Assembly: GCA_951406725.2 (NCBI GenBank)
Contig: OX597836.1
Span: forward strand, 31,496,001-31,560,000
Direction: 5' to 3'
Origin: Octopus vulgaris
Taxonomy: Eukaryota
Length of the DNA stretch: 64,000 bases
Shown here: positions 56,685-64,000 of the stretch, one piece after another
Position numbering within the stretch: position 1 is the first letter of the stretch
Layout of the letters: every line of letters begins with the position of its first letter
Notes under the pieces: model-generated
What the model saw: only the letters and a program-made list of their open reading frames with translations
What the model was told of the DNA's origin: nothing
Databases searched by the model: none
Position numbers and translations under genes: made by a program

Positions 56685-57764
56685 TCTCACACATTTTCTG
56701 TCTGTCTTTACGTTCTGAGTTCAAATTCTGCTGAGGTCGACTTTGCATTTCATCCTTTCGAGGTTGATAAATTAAGTACTGGTTGCATACTGGGGTCGAT
56801 CTAATTGACTGGCTCACTCCCCCAAAATTTTGGGCCTTGTGCCTAGAGTAGAAAAGAATAATATATAAGGTGGTGAGCTGGCAGAAACGTTAGCATGGTA
56901 GGTGAAATACTTAGCAGTATTTTGTCTGTCTTTACATTCTGATTTCAAATTCTTCCGAGGTCGACTTTGCTTTTCATCCTTTCGGGATCGATAAATTAAG
57001 CACTGGTTGTGTACTAGGGTCGATCTAATCGACTGGGCCCCCTCCCCCAAAATTCTGGGCCTTGTGCTTAGGGTAGAAAAGATTATTACAGTAGTCAGAA
57101 AGGCTGTGAGCTGACAGAAGCGCTAGCATACCAAACAAAATGCTTAGTGGCATTTCTTCCAGCTTTTCACATTCTGAGTCCACATACTGCCGAGGTGGAC
57201 TTTACCTCTCTTCTTACTGCCCAGTGGGGTCAATATTATTGACTTGCACCTCCTCTCAAAATCACTGACCTTGTACCAAAACAAAGAATTATTACAATGA
57301 TTACACATAAGTGTTTGCTTGCTTGTGTCAAATACAAACAATGGAATGGCCCTCTCTGGCATTCCTTTTGCCAGAACAGTGTACATAAGCAGCTTTACAT
57401 GAAACGATATTTCCTTTACAGGCTCAATAAGGACAGTCTGTGGCGGATGTAGTGTTATTCATAGAACACTTCCTTTTTCCTTGTCTTACTTACTTTCGTT
57501 TCTTAGTTCTCTCTTTTACATTTTCATCTTCATTTTTTTCTCCAGTTTCGTTGTTGTCACTCCTAGTGTTTTCCGCTTTTTGTTTCTTTCAACATTTTAA
57601 CTTACATACAGCCTAAAATAATATAAATATATCCTCACCATGAAATCACATGCCTTAAGGTGTGTGCTTGCACTCATGTATATATATATAATATATATAT
57701 AAATTTAATTAGAGGTTGTGTTAACCTCATGAAGAGATGGCATATATATGGTGTATATATATCA

Positions 57765-57934
57765 TCCAGAGGGGCAGAGCCAAGCCATAACATTACATTA
57801 CATGTTGAAGATTTGCCTGAGGGGCAGACCCAATCCATGACATTACATGACATGTGGAGATTCACCAGAGGGGCAGGGCCAAACCATAACATTACATGCA
57901 TGTCAGAGATTCGCCAGAGGGGCAGACTGAACCC

Positions 57935-57935
<1 letters not shown>
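57765..57935. repeat. Minisatellite, ~45-50-bp unit ccagaggggcag..cc..ccataacattaca..tgt..gagatt, ~3.5 copies
   Basis: Tandem degenerate units. Confidence 0.75.
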
Positions 57936-57986
<51 letters not shown>

Positions 57987-58915
57987 GCATACACATACAT
58001 TTCTCTCTCTGTATATGTGTGTGTATGTATGTGTGTGTAGCACTTTCTAATTTTGGCACAAGGCCTGCGATTTTTAGGGAGTGCCCTATATATATATATA
58101 TACACACACACATAATTTCATATATATAGATATATATACATCAGTAGAAATATACACATACGCACACAAATAGAAAAGTATGTAGATATATAAAGGAACA
58201 TGTATGTATATACCGTGTGTGTGTATGCATATGCACACACACACACACACACATGTATATATAACTCACAGACAAGCCCTGCAGTTGTCTGTGGTTTCTG
58301 TCAGAGCCCAAAGAGGATAATAAGCACAAGGTCATGTAAATAGGCTAACCCCACCTCCATGTTGTCCTTGGTTACTACCCCAACTCTTTGCCATTTTCTC
58401 AAAATACTGCCATCTAGTTGTTGGTTTGACTCTTTACTCAGCTTTTTTAGACAACATTTTCAAAACATTGTCTTTTTTACATTGACCTTTATAGACCTTT
58501 ATAGTTCACAGCCAATAGAGAAGGATGTATGTGGCTGACTGTTGAAAAAGCCCCCCTTCACCCTAATGGGGTCCCTGTATGATACTACAGTGCAACACTT
58601 TTATCTTTTACTTGCCTCAGTCATTGGACTGCGGCCATGCTAGGGCACTGCCTTGAAGATTTAGTCAAAGAAATTTATTATATATCCTTATCTGAATGCT
58701 GAATACATCACCATGTTCACCTTACAGACTGCACCTGTGTACTTGTTTACTATATTTCTCACAAGCCATTTGTATATGGAAAACTTCCTTAGTGACCATC
58801 ATATTACAAAGTATGGAAGCCTGTGGTCGATATAATTGACTTAACCTCAACCCTGAAATTGCTGGCCTTGTGCCAAAACTTGAAACTATTATCATCATCA
58901 TCATCATCATCATCA

Positions 58916-58968
<53 letters not shown>

Positions 58969-60056
58969 AGAATTAAGGTGAGCTGGCAGAACTGTTAGCA
59001 TGCCAGGCAAAATGCTTAGCATTTCTTCCATCTCAATATTCAGAGTTCAAATGTCACCGAGGTTGACTTTTCCTTTCATCCTTTTTTGGTCAATAAAGTA
59101 AGTACCTTGTCAATGTAATCGAACAAGCTCCTTCCTCCTGAAGTTTCAAGCCTTCTGCTTATTGTAGAAAGAATTATTATCATCAGAGTTGTATAATGTA
59201 AAGCAGGTGTTCTCAACCATTTTTTTTTACCTACAGAACCCTTTTGGTTGTTATTTTATTCTGGTGGACCTTGCCCCCATAGCCATTCCATGTTTAAAAA
59301 CTAGATTTATAAATACTTCTTTCAAAATGCCTATTTTGTTTTTTGCACATTAACTTGTATAGGTTGGACTATGTAAAATGTGGCTCGGAACCATTTTTTT
59401 TATCTATGGACCCCTTTGATTACGATTTTATTCTGGTGGACCCTAGAAATGTTAGAGAAAGAAACCTAGCTGTTTCTTGTAATACATACCAATACATACA
59501 TCTGAGGCAAAATTTTTGCGGGGGCCTTAGAATATGTGGATCTCAGTTTACTATTTTGTATGTGTGGAGCCCCCACAAATCTTATACGGACTCTCAGAGG
59601 GCATATGGATCCCAGTTGAGAACTACTGATGTAAAGGATGTATCATCATCATCATCATCGTTTAACGTCCGTTCTCCATGCTAGCATGGGTTGGACGGTT
59701 CGACTGGGGATCTGGGAAGCCAGAAGGCTGCACCAGGCTCCGGTCTTATCTGGCAATGTTTCTACAGCTGGATGCCCTTCCTAACGCCAACCACTCCGTG
59801 CTTTTTACGTGCTAATAATATTTTGGAAGGAATTCAAATTAACAGGACAAAAATTAAGTTTTTATGCCTAATCAACAACAACAACAACAAAAAAATCCAT
59901 CTTTTGTGTTTAAGAAAATAATCACTTTTTAATGTCTGTATAAATTAGTAATTTTCTGTTGCTATATTTTTTCCATTTCCATGAAAACAAATAAATTATT
60001 TATTCAATAAACTCCCTGATATTTCTGTATGAGATTTGTCCTATGTTTTGTGTTAG

Positions 60057-60179
60057 TTACAATGAAGTTCTAGAAATAACAGCTTTTTCAGATGTCATTT
60101 CAGGGAAGAATTCCAGGTTGGTTAATAATTCCACATCTCTTATGCGGGCTTTATGGTTCTGTAGAATCCAGGATGGTGT
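60057..60179 (-). CDS. Isolated exon resembling the C-terminus of the ENPP1/2/3 nuclease-like domain
   Basis: Strong acceptor ttttttaaattttacag|; TPSWILQNHKARIRDVELLTNLEFFPEMTSEKAVISRTSL* resembles the ENPP motif H.ARVRDVELLTGL.F; AATAAA about 55 nt downstream. Confidence 0.65.
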   Translation of the reverse strand, partial: TPSWILQNHKARIRDVELLTNLEFFPEMTSEKAVISRTSL

Positions 60180-61075
60180 CTGTAAAATTTAAAAAAAAAA
60201 CATAAACAATTTAACTCCAAGTTACATTATAAATATTGAAAAATCCAATATATGTATAAAAACCATTATATTATTAAGATGATTAAACCCTTTTGTTATC
60301 ATATTTCTGTTGAGATGCTCTCTGTTTCTTTCAATTAATTTTAAATATAACAAAGAATTTAGTAAAATAATTTGTTATCATTAAGCTTGTGTTAGGAACA
60401 TAAATTGTGACTAAGGTTTGGTGGAAGATTTTAATTCAGAACTTATGAAAACAAGACATTTGTACTACAGGGCCAGAGGCGGTTTCAGGCAGGTTGGTAT
60501 CAAAAGGAATGGTATCATTAGCATGTTGGGAAAAATGCTTAGTGGCATTTTGTCCATCTTTATGTTCTGAGTTCAAATTCCATCGAGGTCGACTTTGCCT
60601 TTCATCTTTTCAGGGTTGATAAAATTAAGTACCAGTTGAGTACTGGGGTTGATGTAATCGAATAGTCTCCTCCTACTAAATTCCAGGCCTTGTGCCTATA
60701 GAAGAAACGATTATTATTTCTTTACTGCCCACTAGGGGCTACACACAAAGGGGACAAACAAGGACAGACAAATGGATTAAGTCGATTATATCGACCTCAG
60801 TACGTAACTGGTACTTATTTAATCGACCCCGAACGGATGAAAGGCAAAGTCGACCTCGGCGGAATTTGAACTCGGAACATAGCAACTGATGAAATACTGC
60901 TGAGCATTTCGCCTGGTATGCTAACATTTCTGCCAGCTCGCCGCCTTGTGCCTATAGAAGAAACGATTATATTATCAAGATGATGCAGCTGAAGTCTGTC
61001 GTAGTGTGAGGATTCAAATGAGCAGCATTGATCATTTAATCATCCTTAGTGATGATGACTGATGGCTTGTTTTAC

Positions 61076-63916
61076 GTGAAGAATCATCGTGCACCATTGA
61101 CCTCACTCTCTCATCCCGTGACCCTCTTCAATGCAGTGGCAGGACCAAGTCCTGATGACTGCGGATGGAGACAGATGCAGTGGGTGACCAAGATGTCTTA
61201 TTTGATTAATCTTGCTCTCTGCATTCCACAATGTATCGTTGTAGCTGCCTTTCTCCATTGTTGAACCACCCCAAAGCAACATAGCAACTCTTTTACAGAT
61301 TTGCTAAACGAAAACCAATTTTCGATATGAATATATCAGGGTAGACAGAACCAAGTTGAAACTACATAAAAATGTCAAAAGTAAGACATACGTCTTCAGC
61401 ATCTCAACGTCACATTTCAATGATAATAATAATTTTATTCTGTTGTCTGGGGAGAGTCATTTTCTTTTTGTGCCTTATTATTTAACACACTCACCGGTAA
61501 AATTTCGTTGCGTGTTGCAACCTTTTCTATAACTATTGAAAAGGTTGCAACACGCAACGAAAATTTTAGGAAAATAAAAATAAGAAATAAGTGGAAATTT
61601 TACCGGTGAGTGTGTTAAATAATAAGGCACAAAAAGAAAAATGACTCTCCCCAGACACAACAGAATATGCTTCAACACACGAACTCATATAAAGAATCTT
61701 GCAAACCAAATCCCAAAACGAAAAATAATTTTATTATTTTATTATTTTCCAAATTTTACTAAAATTGGCTACTGATGCAGGTGTTGCAAGAAGTTTACTT
61801 CCGAACTACAGGGTTCTGAGTTCAGTCTCACTGCCTGGTACCTTAGGTAACTGTCTTCTATTATAGCCCTGGGCCAATCAAAACCTCGATTGTAGATTTG
61901 GTAGACAGAAACTGAAAGAAGCGTGTGATTGCACTGTGATATTCACTTCTAATATACTACGAGAACATTCCTGGCCATAGGGAATTGTTTACCTTTCCTG
62001 GAAACAGGTGAGGGTGGGCGACAGGAAGGGTATCTGATTGTAGAAAATCTGCCTCAATAAACTCTGTTTAACCCATGCAAATTGGGAAAGGTGGGCGTTA
62101 AAATGATGATTTTCATATCTACCTAAATTTCTATGAACTTGATATTTTAAGTTTACAGCAGTTGTTTCCCTTGATTCAGTGAGTACACCAGAACTTATTT
62201 TTAGAACCTCATATCTAATGATTCGTAGCCAAATACTCTGACCGAATGGTTAAGCCACGTGCCTTCGTGAGTCATTTACATTACTATGAGAAAATCTGTT
62301 TTTATGTCGTCGTCGCCATCAGAAAATATTGAATAGTGGCGAAAAGCAAAATTAAAAAAAGTCCAACCTAAACACACGCATCCTGACCGCGTGGCTGCGG
62401 CGGAAAAAACCTCACAAAGAACACGAAGAAATATTTATTTCATTTAGGCAGTTACTATAAACGCAAATAAATAAACATGGAACACTACATGTTTTGATAA
62501 ACAAATACAACACTATTGCAAAAATAATTTTATAACAACGATTCAAGGGAGAGAACTTAGTTATAAAATATATAAAGTTATTCCCCCTGTTTTCTGTACT
62601 GAATATCGGTTTCGGCATACCTACTTGAATATGTCCTACCTAATTTTATTTCCTCATTCCTTTCAAAAAGATATTTTGTAGTATATTTGCAACAAATACA
62701 TTTCAGATGATGTAGATTCTGATTAAGCAGAAATTTGTGACGGAAAAGCTTTTCGTAGTGGAGGGGGAGAAGAGGATAATTCGCACAAGCCAACATTGTT
62801 TTCTCACGATTAGGAAGATGGGTATTTTTTTTGTGCATTTCCTCCAAATACCTTTCAGATGTTATAGATTACGGTCATATTGGAATTTAAGGTGAAAACA
62901 AAAGAAAATATCGGTGGTCGCATACTCATACATAACGACACATCACATTTTTACCCCCAAGATTTCAGGTTTCATTGTATGTGTGTGTACGTGTGTTAGT
63001 TTACCTATGTGCACGCCCCGAATTTTGGTCAAAATTGTGACCCCTTCAAAGCGGTATCCAGCGCATGTGCCCTGCTTGCCCAACCCTATCTACACCCCTG
63101 AGGACAATGTCTGACTCTACAATTGCTTCAAATTCATTGTGTCTTTGGTCAGCTCCAGACACAAGTCCTTTCTGGGTTGTCATTAAAAACTCGTCAAAAT
63201 AATGCTTGAAATATAAAATACACTCAGGTTTGCATACTCAAACTCTCCAACAAAGGAAACTCTACATAGCAGTGACTGACATAAAAGAAATAGCAACCAA
63301 ATATCACTCAAATCCCAGCCTCACCATCACCATCATTGTAGCCTTAACATTCATTTTTGCATGCTTGCATGGGTCAGATAATATACTGATGCAAATTTTT
63401 CTCTGCTAAATATCAATAACGTCAATAACTTCAGCATTAACATCTTAACAGTAACTGAAATTCAGTTAGCAAGAAACAGTACATAGTAGGGTGTAAAGCT
63501 TGGTGGTTGAACAGGTTTTAAGGTTATAGTGTGTGTAATTCCTTGTCTTTTATACATTGGGTTATATAAGTTAACTCTACAGCAAACAGTTCATTTGATA
63601 TATACACATTTAACCCTTTAGCAGTCAGATCACTCGGCCAAATGTAATGCTTATTTATTCAAATTGCTTTGAATTAACCATGTGTAAGAATTAACACTTC
63701 CTTCTCTAAGCCTAGATTCGAAACCGAATCCAAGAATTCTCGGTTGTTCAAACCATGACGATCAACAAGCGCGATAAAAGGTTTTCTTTGTTCTGTCAAA
63801 AATTGATTGATCATTTCCCTTTGACCTGCGACCTCAGCCATGTCGGGCAAAGTTCAACTGGACAGGCGTTGACCTATATAGGTACTAACTCTGCTGCAGT
63901 ATGTCTGTTTTTCTAG
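61076..63916 (-). pseudogene. Degenerate multi-exon gene, upstream block: exon-like segments 63916-63679, 63204-63098, 62851-62640, 61361-~61076
   Basis: AG acceptors; 79, 35 and 70 codons with 1, 0 and 0 stops; 62640 donor (phase 1) matches the 61361 acceptor; product unidentified. Confidence 0.55.
61438..61725. mobile_element. Fold-back Penelope-like element with hammerhead variant at 61533-61569; sister copy at 13314-13655
   Basis: Long inverted arms; cta TTGAAAA g gttgc-aacac-gcaac GAAA at TT tag. Confidence 0.6.
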
Positions 63917-64000
63917 CTGCCACAAATATTATAAAACCAAGTGAAACAGGAGAGACAGCAGACAATCGCAGCAGAGACGGGAGCAGACAGATAAGATAGA

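Overview
AT-rich eukaryotic genomic DNA dense in microsatellites and SINEs. The SINE/MITE repertoire and (TA)n/(CA)n load look like an octopod cephalopod (Octopus-like; inference). Nearly all ORFs in the track are microsatellite or SINE artefacts. Supported content: (1) the 3' part of a + strand LMTK/AATYK-family kinase gene (exons from 24 to 7638) with up to three alternative C-terminal endings, at 7650, 9292 and 17776 (the last followed by a UTR exon at 19015). (2) An intact, intronless PGM2-family gene on the - strand (33898-35709). (3) A long chain of - strand exon-like segments (~63900 down to ~24000) with canonical splice sites and compatible intron phases but many in-frame stops; this is an unidentified decayed or recoded multi-exon gene with PGM2 in one of its introns. 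(4) An isolated ENPP-like C-terminal exon (60057-60179). (5) Several families of short Penelope-type elements carrying minimal type-I hammerhead ribozyme motifs, mostly inside or beside (TA)n tracts and often folded back into long hairpins. (6) Many tRNA-SINEs, RTE/CR1/Penelope relics, piggyBac/hAT/Merlin/mariner-type MITEs, minisatellites and a 5S rRNA pseudogene. All calls are by eye; no database searches or folding programs were run.
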